Source of the DNA: Nitrospiraceae bacterium | Lineage (GTDB): Bacteria; Nitrospirota; Nitrospiria; Nitrospirales; Nitrospiraceae | Assembly: GCA_035250505.1 (NCBI GenBank) | Contig: DATFFC010000088.1 | Location: forward strand, 953 to 64,952 | Reading direction: 5' to 3' | Length of the DNA: 64,000 nt | Shown here: positions 8,580 to 17,325 of the stretch, one piece after another | Layout: the number at the start of each line of letters is the position of its first letter | Position numbering within the stretch: position 1 is the first letter of the stretch | Position numbers and translations under genes: made by a program | Notes under the pieces: generated by a model | Database searches by the model: none | What the model was told of the DNA's origin: nothing | What the model saw: the letters and a program-made list of their open reading frames with translations, nothing else

Positions 8580-8975
8580 TCAACCTTGCGGGGCAGCCAA
8601 GCGTAATGCTTTGGCTTTACCGTCAAGCATGTACCAACAGTTCTTGGTCAGTGCGGATTGCTTTTCAATGTTCACGTCCGTGATTGCATCGGCGCCAAGC
8701 GCGTATGCAGCAAGCTTGAGGTCAAGAAGTACCGCTTGCTCAGCCGGGGCCGTTTCAACGAAACTCCGATGGCAACGACCTGCATCTACCTCACCTAGAA
8801 CTTGCGCGCCACTTGGCGCTACATTCATAACTTTGATGGTCTGTGATGCGGCTCGCTGATCTCCAAGGCTAGCGTAGGACATGTCGTTGCCAACGCGCAT
8901 GTTGGAGCTGTAAGTAGCGCAGCCCGAGAGGCCGGCAACGAGAGCAAGCATGGATGCTTTGAAAACGGAGTTCAT
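8580..8975 (-). CDS. small lipoprotein, RcsF/DUF4156-like (cassette-borne)
   Basis: It has a signal peptide and lipobox (MLALVAGLSGC). The segment LGEVDAGRCHRS...LKLAAYALGADAITDV...KNCWYMLDGKA resembles the RcsF pattern LGEVSGDSC...ASKMKANAVLL...C. The start, ATG 8975, lies 21 nt after a GTTAGGT core site and is preceded by GGGGAGA. Confidence 0.5.
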   Translation of the reverse strand: MNSVFKASMLALVAGLSGCATYSSNMRVGNDMSYASLGDQRAASQTIKVMNVAPSGAQVLGEVDAGRCHRSFVETAPAEQAVLLDLKLAAYALGADAITDVNIEKQSALTKNCWYMLDGKAKALRLAAPQG

Positions 8976-8995
8976 GAATATTCTCCCCTGTTGAC

Positions 8996-9062
8996 ACCTA
9001 ACGACCTTGCGTCTGAGCTGCGACGGGGTCGCCTGCACAGACCGCTTGGACCGCAGTTCATG
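8996..9062 (-). repeat. attC-like imperfect palindrome b (3' of the HNH cassette)
   Basis: On the minus strand it begins at the HNH stop codon (TGAAC...) and ends in GTTAGGT. An internal stem is formed by TCTGTGCAGGCGAC / GTCGCAGCTCAGA. Confidence 0.45.
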
Positions 9063-9576
9063 CCTTCGGCTTTGGAACAGCACCGGAGAGATGCGCCTCA
9101 AGCGTGTGTAGCCAACGCTTCTCGGTCACTGTTAGTTCACGTGACTCGCGCGCCAGCACCACGAACAATGACGAAAGCCCATCCCACCGCGTGGGTTCGC
9201 CATACTTCCCCCTCACTCGATGAGGCGGATTGGCCTCCAGATACTCCACCTTCTCTCGAGCACTCTTGCGTGTGTTGCACTTCCCACACGCTGTCGCGAA
9301 GTTCGAGGGATCGTGCGCACCGCCTCTCGCATACGCGTGAACGTGGTCGACACAAGCACCGAGTTCGTCAAGCAAAGGCGAAGCGTCTCGACGCCAGTTC
9401 GGATGAAAGTAGGCCAATTGCACATCCGGCAGACGAGTGATCACAAACTGTCCCGCGTACTTGAACGCCAAGTGAAAGATGGTTGGGCGGTGGCACAGCG
9501 CGCAGATCCACCCGTCGCGAAAGTAAACAGCCGCCGCCGTCTCGACGGGGATCGCCGGCCTTGGGCTCTTCGGCAT
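9058..9576 (-). CDS. stand-alone HNH endonuclease (cassette-borne)
   Basis: It has the zinc-finger HNH signature: CALC ... CVDHVHAYARGGAHDPSNFATACGKCNTRK. 172 aa. The ATG lies 25 nt after a GTTAGCC core site. Confidence 0.8.
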   Translation of the reverse strand: MPKSPRPAIPVETAAAVYFRDGWICALCHRPTIFHLAFKYAGQFVITRLPDVQLAYFHPNWRRDASPLLDELGACVDHVHAYARGGAHDPSNFATACGKCNTRKSAREKVEYLEANPPHRVRGKYGEPTRWDGLSSLFVVLARESRELTVTEKRWLHTLEAHLSGAVPKPKA

Positions 9577-9600
9577 CTTCAGGTCTCCGGTGACACGTCT

Positions 9601-9660
9601 GGCTAACGTCTGAATTAAGCCGCGCCACGAGTCGACATCGGCTTGAATGAATTGTTAGGC
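9601..9660 (-). repeat. attC-like site a (60 nt)
   Basis: The minus strand reads GCCTAAC-AATTCATTCAAGCCG-ATGTCGACTCGTGGCG-CGGCTTAATTCAGAC-GTTAGCC. The terminal RYYYAAC / GTTRRRY-type cores are complementary, and AAGCCG pairs with CGGCTT. Confidence 0.55.
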
Positions 9661-9725
9661 ATTGGTCGCATTTTCATGCGATGTGCTTGTTTTTAATTTT
9701 GGTGTGCGACATCGCTGTCTCTGAT

Positions 9726-9774
9726 GGCTAACTATTAATTAAATGAGCCGCGACGTAGGCATTCAGCTTAGCGG
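9726..9774 (-). repeat. degenerate attC-like remnant d
   Basis: On the minus strand it ends in ...CGCGGCTCATTTAATTAATA-GTTAGCC, close to the 3' half of site a. The 5' core is degraded (CTAAG rather than CTAAC). Confidence 0.3.
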
Positions 9775-9905
9775 CCTATCCCAATAGTGCCTTGGTCTAC
9801 GATCAAGGAACAATCGGAGACGCCATCCGCACTTACGTACTCTCAAAGAATGCAGATGCCGGTGCATCATTCGCCGCAGTAGAAAGGTCAATGTCGGACA
9901 GGCTC

Positions 9906-10658
9906 CTAGGTTCCCACCGGCTGGAGTCTGGCCTTCAAATGCAGAATAGCCTTGGAGTGGATCTGACAGACGCGGGATTCGGTGACTTTCAGAATCTGTC
10001 CGATCTCCTTCATCGTCAATTCTTCGAAGTAGTACAAGGTCAAGACCAGCCGCTCCTTCTCGGGCAACTCCTGAATGCTCTGGCAGAGGATTTGCCGTTC
10101 CCGGCCATTTACCAGGGACGCCAGCGCATCCGGTTGGCTGGAATCGGTCAAGAAGCCCAACGTTTGATACCCGTCCTGGTCCTTGACGCCCAAATCTTCC
10201 AGGCTCACGACGACCGCGCCGCGTGCGCGGGTCAGGAATTCATCCAACTCATGAAGCGACATTTTCAGTTCCGCCGCCACCTCCTCGTCCGTCGGAGGAC
10301 GGCCGTGCCGATTCAGCAACTCGGAATAGGTCTTCTGCAGCAGCGCAACCCGCTCATGGACCGAGCGCGGGATCCAATCCATGGATCGGATCTCGTCGAG
10401 CATCGCGCCGCGGATGCGAAATTCGGCATAGGTCTTAAATTTGGCCTCGCGTGTCGGGTCATACTTGTCCATCGCGTCCATCAGGCCGATGATGCCGACC
10501 GACACGAGGTCCTCGGCGTCCAAATAGGCCGGCAATCGAAAGGCCAAGCGATGGGCCATGGACCGGATCACATGGGCGAATTCTTGGATAACCCGCTCGC
10601 GGTCGGTGTGGAGAACGTTCTGTGAGGATCGAGACTGTGAGGGATCGGCTCGATTCAT
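9906..10658 (-). CDS. fliA: flagellar RNA polymerase sigma factor sigma-28 FliA
   Basis: Sigma-70 family regions 2-4 are present (DLVSVGIIGLMDAMDKYDP..., TYAEFRIRGAMLDEIR, LTMKEIGQILKVTESRVCQIHSKA). 250 aa. It lies directly after flhG. Confidence 0.9.
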   Translation of the reverse strand: MNRADPSQSRSSQNVLHTDRERVIQEFAHVIRSMAHRLAFRLPAYLDAEDLVSVGIIGLMDAMDKYDPTREAKFKTYAEFRIRGAMLDEIRSMDWIPRSVHERVALLQKTYSELLNRHGRPPTDEEVAAELKMSLHELDEFLTRARGAVVVSLEDLGVKDQDGYQTLGFLTDSSQPDALASLVNGRERQILCQSIQELPEKERLVLTLYYFEELTMKEIGQILKVTESRVCQIHSKAILHLKARLQPVGT

Positions 10659-10680
10659 AGGCCTCTTCGCTGTTTTGGAT

Positions 10681-11541
10681 TCAGACCGTGCGCAACAAAT
10701 GTTGCCAGAGAAACTGGACCGTGCCCTTGGGAAGATCGGGCACCGTCAGCCGGTCCACCGAGTCGGTCAACGAGACGAACGCCCGGCTCGACGGCGCCTG
10801 CGGGTATCGATCCAGCACGGCCCGCTGCTGAGTCACCGCCAGGGGAAGATAGTCATCCAGCGGGACGGCGCCGAGATAGTCGATGGAGATCTGCAGGAAG
10901 CGGCCGACCGCCACCTGAAGCTTGGAAAACACGCGGGCCGCTTCACTCGGACTTTTGACGAGATTCACCAGGACATGGAAGCGACGCTCACGATACTGGC
11001 GATGCAATACTTTCATCAGCGCATAGGCGTCGGTGAGCGACGTCGGCTCCGGAGATACCACCACGACGATCGATTGCGCGGCGGCGGCAAAGAACGTGAC
11101 GTTCGACGAAATTCCCGCGCCGGTATCGATCAACAGTACGTCGAACATGTGGGCGATCTGTTCGATCTCCGCCTGAAGGATCACATGTTGCGTCTGCGTC
11201 AACGAGGTCAGCTGCGGCATGCCGGAGCTGGCCGGAAGAATGCGGATGCCCGACGGTCCCTCCAGCATGATATCGGCCAGCGAGCGGGCGCCCGACAAGA
11301 CGTGTTCCAGCGTGTATTTTGGGGCCAGTCCAAGCAGGACATCGATATTCCCCAGCCCGAGGTCGGCGTCCAGCACGAGGACTCGTTTCCCGGCCCGCGA
11401 AAGCGCGATCGCCAAATTGGCGACCACATTTGTTTTCCCGACGCCGCCCTTTCCGCTGGTGACGGTCATTACCCGCGGCGGGCGCGTCCCGCCCCCCGTC
11501 TGAATCACACCTGGCTGCATCGCCAGCGTGAAATTACTCAT
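10681..11541 (-). CDS. flhG: MinD/ParA-type flagellar number regulator FlhG (YlxH/FleN)
   Basis: It has the deviant Walker A motif VTSGKGGVGKT and VLVLDADLGLGNID. I set the start at ATG 11541 (MSNFTLAM), which overlaps the flhF stop by 8 nt. The longer ORF-track call up to 12057 lies inside flhF. Confidence 0.88.
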   Translation of the reverse strand: MSNFTLAMQPGVIQTGGGTRPPRVMTVTSGKGGVGKTNVVANLAIALSRAGKRVLVLDADLGLGNIDVLLGLAPKYTLEHVLSGARSLADIMLEGPSGIRILPASSGMPQLTSLTQTQHVILQAEIEQIAHMFDVLLIDTGAGISSNVTFFAAAAQSIVVVVSPEPTSLTDAYALMKVLHRQYRERRFHVLVNLVKSPSEAARVFSKLQVAVGRFLQISIDYLGAVPLDDYLPLAVTQQRAVLDRYPQAPSSRAFVSLTDSVDRLTVPDLPKGTVQFLWQHLLRTV

Positions 11542-12880
11542 GATGATGCTCCCTCCCTGACGTGACGGAACCCGCTTCATCGTACGCCTGGCCGGCGATA
11601 CTGCGCCCATGAGCCGCCCGGGAACCGAACGCATCGTTCGCGGCATGGGAGGTGGAATTTTCTTTACCGGACACGGCGGCGCCCAGGATGAAGTCGACCA
11701 GGCGATCCGGCAAGGCCGGCGCCAAGTCTTCCGGCACCCGCGGTCCGGTTCCCCAATAGGACAAAGGGACTCCGCTGCGATGCGCGGCCTCAAAGATGCT
11801 GCCATAGCCCGACGTCTCATCCAATTTGGTGAACAGCACGCGCAACCCAGGCGCGTCGATGCACCGAGCCATGGCGGCATCGATGTCCTGAATGCGGGTG
11901 GTGGCGGACAGGACCAGATGAACTTCAAGCTGATAGGGCAAGCCCGTGAGCGCCGTCCACGCGTTCCATGGTTCCGGATGACGGGGATTGAAGCCCGGCG
12001 TATCGACCAATACCAACTCCGTATGGGCCAATTGCCCGATGCAGTCCCGCGCCTCATCGCAGGTCGATGCGGTCATCAGTTCGATTCCCAGAACATTCGC
12101 ATAGAGACGAAGCTGCTCGACCGCCGCCGGCCGATAGTTGTCGATCGTCACCATGGCCACCGAGCGCTTTTCCTCCAAGCGGTACTGAGCGGCTAATTTC
12201 GCGATGCTCGTGGTTTTCCCCACTCCGCTGGGTCCCACGAACAGGGCGATCTTCCGACTGTCTTCCGCGTCCAGAAGCGGCCCGGCCGATCGGAGACGCG
12301 TCGCGAGCACGCCGCGCAGCAACTGAAGCAGGAAATGCGACGCCGTTCGATCAGGGTCCCGCAGGGTCTGTTGCAACTCACGCAAGCACTCATACGCAGT
12401 GCCGTGACGGAGTCCCTGAGTGAGCAATCCGCCATAGACATCCTGCAGTGAACGGGACAGGTCGCCTGGTACGTGATGGTCCGCAGCCGGACGGTGCCTC
12501 GCAGGTCCCTCTTCCAGAGGGAACCGATTGTCCGCCTCCGAGAGCGGAACGTGTCGCGGCGCGACGGCGGGGGCCGCCGGGTGCACGGCCTGGTCCAATG
12601 CAGCCTGAAAACTCCGATTGACCGAGGACTCAACCGGGCTTCGCGCTCCGTTCACCGCCGGGGCAGGTCCTGCATCCAGGCGGGAATGGTCCGCGATTTC
12701 GGCTGGCTCCTCCTCGATCGCAGCCATGACTTCCAATGCCGAGCTTCCGAGGACGCCGAAGGCATTGCCCCACTTGCGCACTCGCCTGCTCGAGAGGATC
12801 ACCGCGTCCGGCCCCAACTCTTGCTTGATGGCGCGAATCGCTTCATGCATGGACGCGGCATAGAACGTTCTGACTTTCAC
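11534..12880 (-). CDS. flhF: SRP-type GTPase FlhF (flagellar placement)
   Basis: The N-terminal MKVRTFYAASMHEAIRAIKQELGPDAVILS is the FlhF B-domain. The GTPase motifs GPSGVGKTT and DTPG are present. Confidence 0.9.
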   Translation of the reverse strand: MKVRTFYAASMHEAIRAIKQELGPDAVILSSRRVRKWGNAFGVLGSSALEVMAAIEEEPAEIADHSRLDAGPAPAVNGARSPVESSVNRSFQAALDQAVHPAAPAVAPRHVPLSEADNRFPLEEGPARHRPAADHHVPGDLSRSLQDVYGGLLTQGLRHGTAYECLRELQQTLRDPDRTASHFLLQLLRGVLATRLRSAGPLLDAEDSRKIALFVGPSGVGKTTSIAKLAAQYRLEEKRSVAMVTIDNYRPAAVEQLRLYANVLGIELMTASTCDEARDCIGQLAHTELVLVDTPGFNPRHPEPWNAWTALTGLPYQLEVHLVLSATTRIQDIDAAMARCIDAPGLRVLFTKLDETSGYGSIFEAAHRSGVPLSYWGTGPRVPEDLAPALPDRLVDFILGAAVSGKENSTSHAANDAFGSRAAHGRSIAGQAYDEAGSVTSGREHHHE

Positions 12881-14985
12881 GCGAGGCTCCTGGTTTCAGC
12901 CGGCTCTAGGTCCAGTCGCACCGTCTCCACCGCCTGCAAGCGTACGATGCTGTCGATCTCGTTCAGCCCCAGGACCGGGACCGCATGGAGGATGCGGTCG
13001 GTCAATCTGCGAAGATGGCGGCGCAAGGACGGCGAGCACAGAATGACCGGCTGATGCCCGCGACTCGCCATCCGTTCAGCCGCCTGTTTGAGCGCCGCCA
13101 GCAATTTCTGGGACACGAGCGGATCGACGTTCCAGGCGCCGCCCTGGGGCGCGGTATTGACTTGCTCTGCCAATGTCCTGTCGAGCCGTGGATCCAATCC
13201 GATGACTTGCAACGTCCCGTCCATACCCACGTACTGCCGGGTGATGGTCCGTCCAAGGGCCTGCCGGGCGACTTCAGTGAGGATGTCCGGATCTTTGGTC
13301 GAGCCGGCATGATCGGCGATGGCTTCGAGAACCGAGCGTAAGTCCCTAATGGGAACCCCTTCGCGCAACAGATGCGCCAGGATCCGGACGACGCTTCCCA
13401 ATGAGAGGAGATTCGGCACCAGTTCCTCCACGAGCTTCGGATGGCTCTTGGCCAGTTCGTCTAGCAATCCTTGGACCTCCTGTCGGCCGAGCAGTTCGTG
13501 GGCATGGCGTTTGACGATTTCCGAGAGGTGGGTGGCGATGGCCGATACGGGATCGACGACCGTATAGCCCGCCAATTGGGCCTGTTCGCGCTGATGTTCC
13601 GGCAGCCAGAGGGCCGGCAGGCCGAAGGCGGGCTCCTTTGTGGCGATCCCATGCACCACATTTTTCTGGGCGGTGCCCGGGTCAATTGCCAAGACATGTG
13701 ACGGCATGACGTCAGATTTGGCGATTTCCACGCCTTTGATCATGACGGCGTATTCATTTGGGCGCAGTTGGAGGTTATCTCGGATATGAATCGGAGGGAG
13801 GACGAACCCCATAGTTTCTGCAAATTGGCGCCGGAGTCCTTTCACCCGGTCCAAGAGCGCTCCGCTCTTCGTGCCCTCCACTAAGCTGATCAACCCATAG
13901 CCGACCTGCACTTCCATCAAGTCCAACGGCGTGACCCGGGTGACCGCCTCTTCGGCGGGCGGCGCCGCAGCCGGTACCTCCGCCTCTCGAGCGAGCGCTG
14001 TCTGGCGCGTATGCAGTTGGTAGGCGACCCATCCGACCGTGCCGCCGAGCACCAGAAACGCGAGATGCGGGAGGCCGGGCACGAGTCCCAGGGCCAGCAA
14101 GATGCCCGCTGCCGTCCCGACCGCTTTCGGTGAGATCAGGATTTGCCGGGTAATCTCGAATCCCAGATTGGCCTCCGACGCCGCGCGGGTCACGACGATA
14201 CCGGCGGCGGTGGAGACGATCAAGGCCGGTACCTGGGCGACCAGTCCTTCGCCGACAGTCAGCAAGGTATACGTTTGCGCGGCAGCGGCAATCGTCATCC
14301 CCTGCTGCAGGACGCCGATGGTCAAGCCGCCGAGTATATTGACCAGCGTGATGATGACGGCGGCGACGGCATCGCCGCGAACGAATTTGCTGGCACCGTC
14401 CATCGAGCCGTAGAAGTCCGCTTCTTCCGCGATTTCCCGGCGCCGGCGGCGGGCTTCCGTATCGTTGATCAGTCCGGCATTCAAATCGGCATCGATGCTC
14501 ATTTGCTTGCCGGGCATGGCGTCCAGGGTAAACCGCGCCGCCACTTCGGCCACCCGGCCGGCGCCTTTGGTTACGACGACGAAGTTGATGATGACGAGGA
14601 TGAAGAAGACGATCAGGCCGACCGTGTAATTCCCTCCGACGACGAAATTCCCGAACGCGTGAATCACCTCGCCGGCCGCCGCGACACCTTCGTTGCCGTG
14701 CAAGAGGATCAGCCGCGTGGAGGCGATATTAAGCGACAGTCGCAACAAGGTCACCATCAACAGAATGGAAGGAAAGACGGAAAACTCGAGCGGCTTCCGC
14801 ACCTGCATGCCTACCAGCAGGATGATGATAGAGAGCGTGATGTTGAAGCTCAGCAGCAGGTCGAGGATGAATCGTGGAAGCGGCATTAGCATCACCATAA
14901 GAATGGCGACGACGCCGACCGACATCAGAACGTCGGGATGTTTGACCAACGCGGTCGTGGGCACGGACGTGCTGCTCTGATTCAT
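12877..14985 (-). CDS. flhA: flagellar type III export gate protein FlhA
   Basis: 702 aa. Contains the FHIPEP signature region (FPSILLMVTLLRLSLNIASTRLILL, SMDGASKFVRGDA). Confidence 0.95.
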   Translation of the reverse strand: MNQSSTSVPTTALVKHPDVLMSVGVVAILMVMLMPLPRFILDLLLSFNITLSIIILLVGMQVRKPLEFSVFPSILLMVTLLRLSLNIASTRLILLHGNEGVAAAGEVIHAFGNFVVGGNYTVGLIVFFILVIINFVVVTKGAGRVAEVAARFTLDAMPGKQMSIDADLNAGLINDTEARRRRREIAEEADFYGSMDGASKFVRGDAVAAVIITLVNILGGLTIGVLQQGMTIAAAAQTYTLLTVGEGLVAQVPALIVSTAAGIVVTRAASEANLGFEITRQILISPKAVGTAAGILLALGLVPGLPHLAFLVLGGTVGWVAYQLHTRQTALAREAEVPAAAPPAEEAVTRVTPLDLMEVQVGYGLISLVEGTKSGALLDRVKGLRRQFAETMGFVLPPIHIRDNLQLRPNEYAVMIKGVEIAKSDVMPSHVLAIDPGTAQKNVVHGIATKEPAFGLPALWLPEHQREQAQLAGYTVVDPVSAIATHLSEIVKRHAHELLGRQEVQGLLDELAKSHPKLVEELVPNLLSLGSVVRILAHLLREGVPIRDLRSVLEAIADHAGSTKDPDILTEVARQALGRTITRQYVGMDGTLQVIGLDPRLDRTLAEQVNTAPQGGAWNVDPLVSQKLLAALKQAAERMASRGHQPVILCSPSLRRHLRRLTDRILHAVPVLGLNEIDSIVRLQAVETVRLDLEPAETRSLA

Positions 14986-14994
14986 TTAGTTTCC

Positions 14995-16086
14995 CTACAC
15001 GTCCATCTGCGGAGAGACCTTCCCCCGCACTCGATAGACAAAGGCCAGAATTTCCGCGACCGCGCGATACAAATCGGCGGGCACTTCCCGGCCGATTTCA
15101 ACCAGCTTGAAGAGCGTCCGGGCGACCGGCTTGTTCTCCACGATCGGAATGGCGTGCTGGCGTGCGATTTCCCTGATCCGGGCGGCGATGAAGCCGGCGC
15201 CTTTGGCGACGACCACCGGCGCCGCCATGCGGTCGGGCTTGTATTGGAGCGCGACCGCTATTTCCGTCGGGTTCGTGACGATCACGTCGGCCGTCGGCAC
15301 GGCCGTCATCATGCGCCGGCGGGCCATCTCCTTTTGCATGCTGCGCACGCGTCCCCGCAGCAGCGGATCTCCTTCCGCCTCGCGATGCTCCTCCTTGATC
15401 TCTTCCTTGGTCATGCGTAGGCTGCGTTCCCATTCATAGCGTTGATAGGCATAGTCGAGCAGGCCGATGACGGTGGCGGCGCAGGCCATCAAGAGCGCCG
15501 CTTTCAACGTGATCCATCCGACCGCCAGGAGAAGACCCTGCAGCTCATACTGGGTCAGTTCCGGGAAGCGCGTCATTTCGTGCCGGAACGCCAGGAACCC
15601 GGTTCCGCCGATCGCCGCGATTTTCAGCAAGGCCTTGAGCGACTCGGTCACCGAACGTAACGAGCACAGCCGAGCCAGCCCCTTCATCGGATCCAACCGC
15701 GCCGCATCCGGCTGCAGCGCGTCGCGGCGCCACAGGAATCCGGTCTGGGCGAGATTGGCCCCGATGCCCACGACGGCGATGCCGGCCATCAGCGGCGCCA
15801 AGAGGACGAACACATCGGCGCCGATTCGGCCCAACAGGAGGTGGAGATGATCGAGGGTCAATGCGCGGCGGGCGGATTCGTCCGTCGCAAGCGTCAGCCA
15901 TGCTTGAAGCATGGAGGTCAGCGCGCCGATGGCCGGCATGGTCAGCCAGTACAACAGCCCCACGCTCGCCAAGATTGCGGCGGCGGCGGCCGCATCGCGG
16001 CTGACGGCCACTTGACCCTTCCGCCGCGCCTCCGCTTTGCGCTTCGGAGTCGCCCGTTCAGTCCGATTGTGTCCCGATTCAGCCAC
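14995..16086 (-). CDS. flhB: flagellar export switch protein FlhB
   Basis: 363 aa. The autocleavage motif NPTE is present in VIVTNPTEIAVALQY, along with KTERATPKRK at the N-terminus. Confidence 0.93.
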   Translation of the reverse strand: MAESGHNRTERATPKRKAEARRKGQVAVSRDAAAAAAILASVGLLYWLTMPAIGALTSMLQAWLTLATDESARRALTLDHLHLLLGRIGADVFVLLAPLMAGIAVVGIGANLAQTGFLWRRDALQPDAARLDPMKGLARLCSLRSVTESLKALLKIAAIGGTGFLAFRHEMTRFPELTQYELQGLLLAVGWITLKAALLMACAATVIGLLDYAYQRYEWERSLRMTKEEIKEEHREAEGDPLLRGRVRSMQKEMARRRMMTAVPTADVIVTNPTEIAVALQYKPDRMAAPVVVAKGAGFIAARIREIARQHAIPIVENKPVARTLFKLVEIGREVPADLYRAVAEILAFVYRVRGKVSPQMDV

Positions 16087-16870
16087 GGCCCAACCTCTGG
16101 AGCAGGCCGGAGATGCTCTCCATCAGCTTCATAAATTCGCCCTCGAACAGGTTCAGCGAGTAGGGTAGCGCCAACCCCATCACGAAGAGGCCGGCTCCGA
16201 TCGTGAGGGGAAAGCTCAGCACAAACACGTTCATCTGCGTCACGGCTCGTCCCAACATCGCCATGCTGACATTCACAATGAGAATCGTACAGAACACAGG
16301 CGCGGCCAACTTGAGCGCCACGACAAGCATGTCCTGTGTCAACCGGATCACGTCAATGGCGAGATCGTGGGACAACGATGCGCCGAACGGGGGCACCAGC
16401 TCGTAACTCATCCCGATCGCCCGGACGATCATCAGGTGCGCATTGACCGACAAGAAGAGCAATGAAGCGGTGATCACATGAAACTGGCCCATTAACGGCG
16501 TCTGTTGATGTGTGGACGGATCGAGCAACTGCACAATGCTGAAACCCATCTGGCTTCCCACCAGTTCCCCCGCCACCTCGAAACCAGAAAATAGTAGGCG
16601 TACCGCCAATCCGATGACCATGCCGATCAGGAATTCACTGATGATCCCCGCCACGACGACCGCCGGATTCTGCGGGAGCGGAGGGAGCGGGACGACCGGC
16701 GCCAGCGCGAGGCCCAGCATGGCGACCAGTGCGGTTTTGACCGTCATCGGGATCGACCGACTGTTCAGAATTGGAAAGGCGCTCACGAGACCGGCAATAC
16801 GAACGAGCAGGACCGTATAGGCCTGAAAATGCGGCAATGCCCAGTGAAGCGTTTGGCCGAGCTGCATCAA
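16079..16870 (-). CDS. fliR: flagellar export apparatus protein FliR
   Basis: 263-aa polytopic membrane protein between fliQ and flhB. The ORF overlaps the flhB start. Confidence 0.85.
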   Translation of the reverse strand: MMQLGQTLHWALPHFQAYTVLLVRIAGLVSAFPILNSRSIPMTVKTALVAMLGLALAPVVPLPPLPQNPAVVVAGIISEFLIGMVIGLAVRLLFSGFEVAGELVGSQMGFSIVQLLDPSTHQQTPLMGQFHVITASLLFLSVNAHLMIVRAIGMSYELVPPFGASLSHDLAIDVIRLTQDMLVVALKLAAPVFCTILIVNVSMAMLGRAVTQMNVFVLSFPLTIGAGLFVMGLALPYSLNLFEGEFMKLMESISGLLQRLGRG

Positions 16871-16903
16871 ACGGCGCCTTTCGCGGACAAGTCCAGAGTT
16901 CTG

Positions 16904-17173
16904 TCAGTGGGCATAGAGCGGAATGTTCGTAATCAACTGGGTCATGAAGGTGATCAGGACGCCCATCATCCAGGGCAGGAACAGTAGAAGGGCGCCGAAC
17001 ACCGCCACCACCTTCGGCACGAAGGATAGTGTGGCTTCGTTGATCTGTGTCATCGCCTGAAAGATGCTCACCAAAAGTCCGACCACCAAACTCAACCCCA
17101 GCATCGGAGCCGATACAAGGAGCGTTGTCTCGATCGCCTGCCGTCCGATTTCCGTCACCATCTCTGGGGTCAT
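16904..17173 (-). CDS. fliQ: flagellar export apparatus protein FliQ
   Basis: 89 aa counted from ATG 17173 (MTPEMVTEIGRQAIETTLLVSAPMLGLSLVVGLLVSIFQAMTQINEATLSFVPK), a typical FliQ sequence. Confidence 0.88.
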   Translation of the reverse strand: MTPEMVTEIGRQAIETTLLVSAPMLGLSLVVGLLVSIFQAMTQINEATLSFVPKVVAVFGALLLFLPWMMGVLITFMTQLITNIPLYAH

Positions 17174-17325
17174 CTTGAACTCGTTTCTCTTGAATCGTCG
17201 CTCGGATCTCGCGTAATCGGAGTGTCGCTCATAGCTCTCTAGCAAGAACGGATGATAAGAACTGCCGGCTCACCGCCTCGCCGGCGCGCACAAACGTGGC
17301 GCTCGTTATTCCTCACGCCGTGCGC

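Larger units (their letters stand above)
8525..9774 (-). mobile_element. integrase-less gene-cassette array (CALIN-like), two cassettes
   Basis: Four attC-like sites share one orientation. Each ORF starts within 30 nt of the preceding GTT core and ends at or next to the following site. No intI-like gene lies next to the array or elsewhere in the window. Confidence 0.5.

Noticed and set aside
8400-9900. Search for an integron integrase or attI next to the cassette array.
   Set aside because: The flanking genes are fliA and the GGDEF gene. No tyrosine-recombinase motifs (R..H..R..Y) were seen in any frame, so I describe the array as integrase-less rather than as a complete integron.
10681-12057. 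Long N-terminal extensions in the ORF track. Examples are FlhG as 458 aa, FliP 326 aa, FliN 180 aa, FliL 210 aa, FlgD 169 aa, FlgC 190 aa, FlgB 163 aa, FliQ 113 aa, the kinase 478 aa and DUF423 184 aa.
   Set aside because: The extensions overlap the upstream gene or intergenic repeats and have non-protein-like composition. Internal ATGs with an RBS give proteins of canonical length that begin at conserved N-termini, so I used those internal starts.
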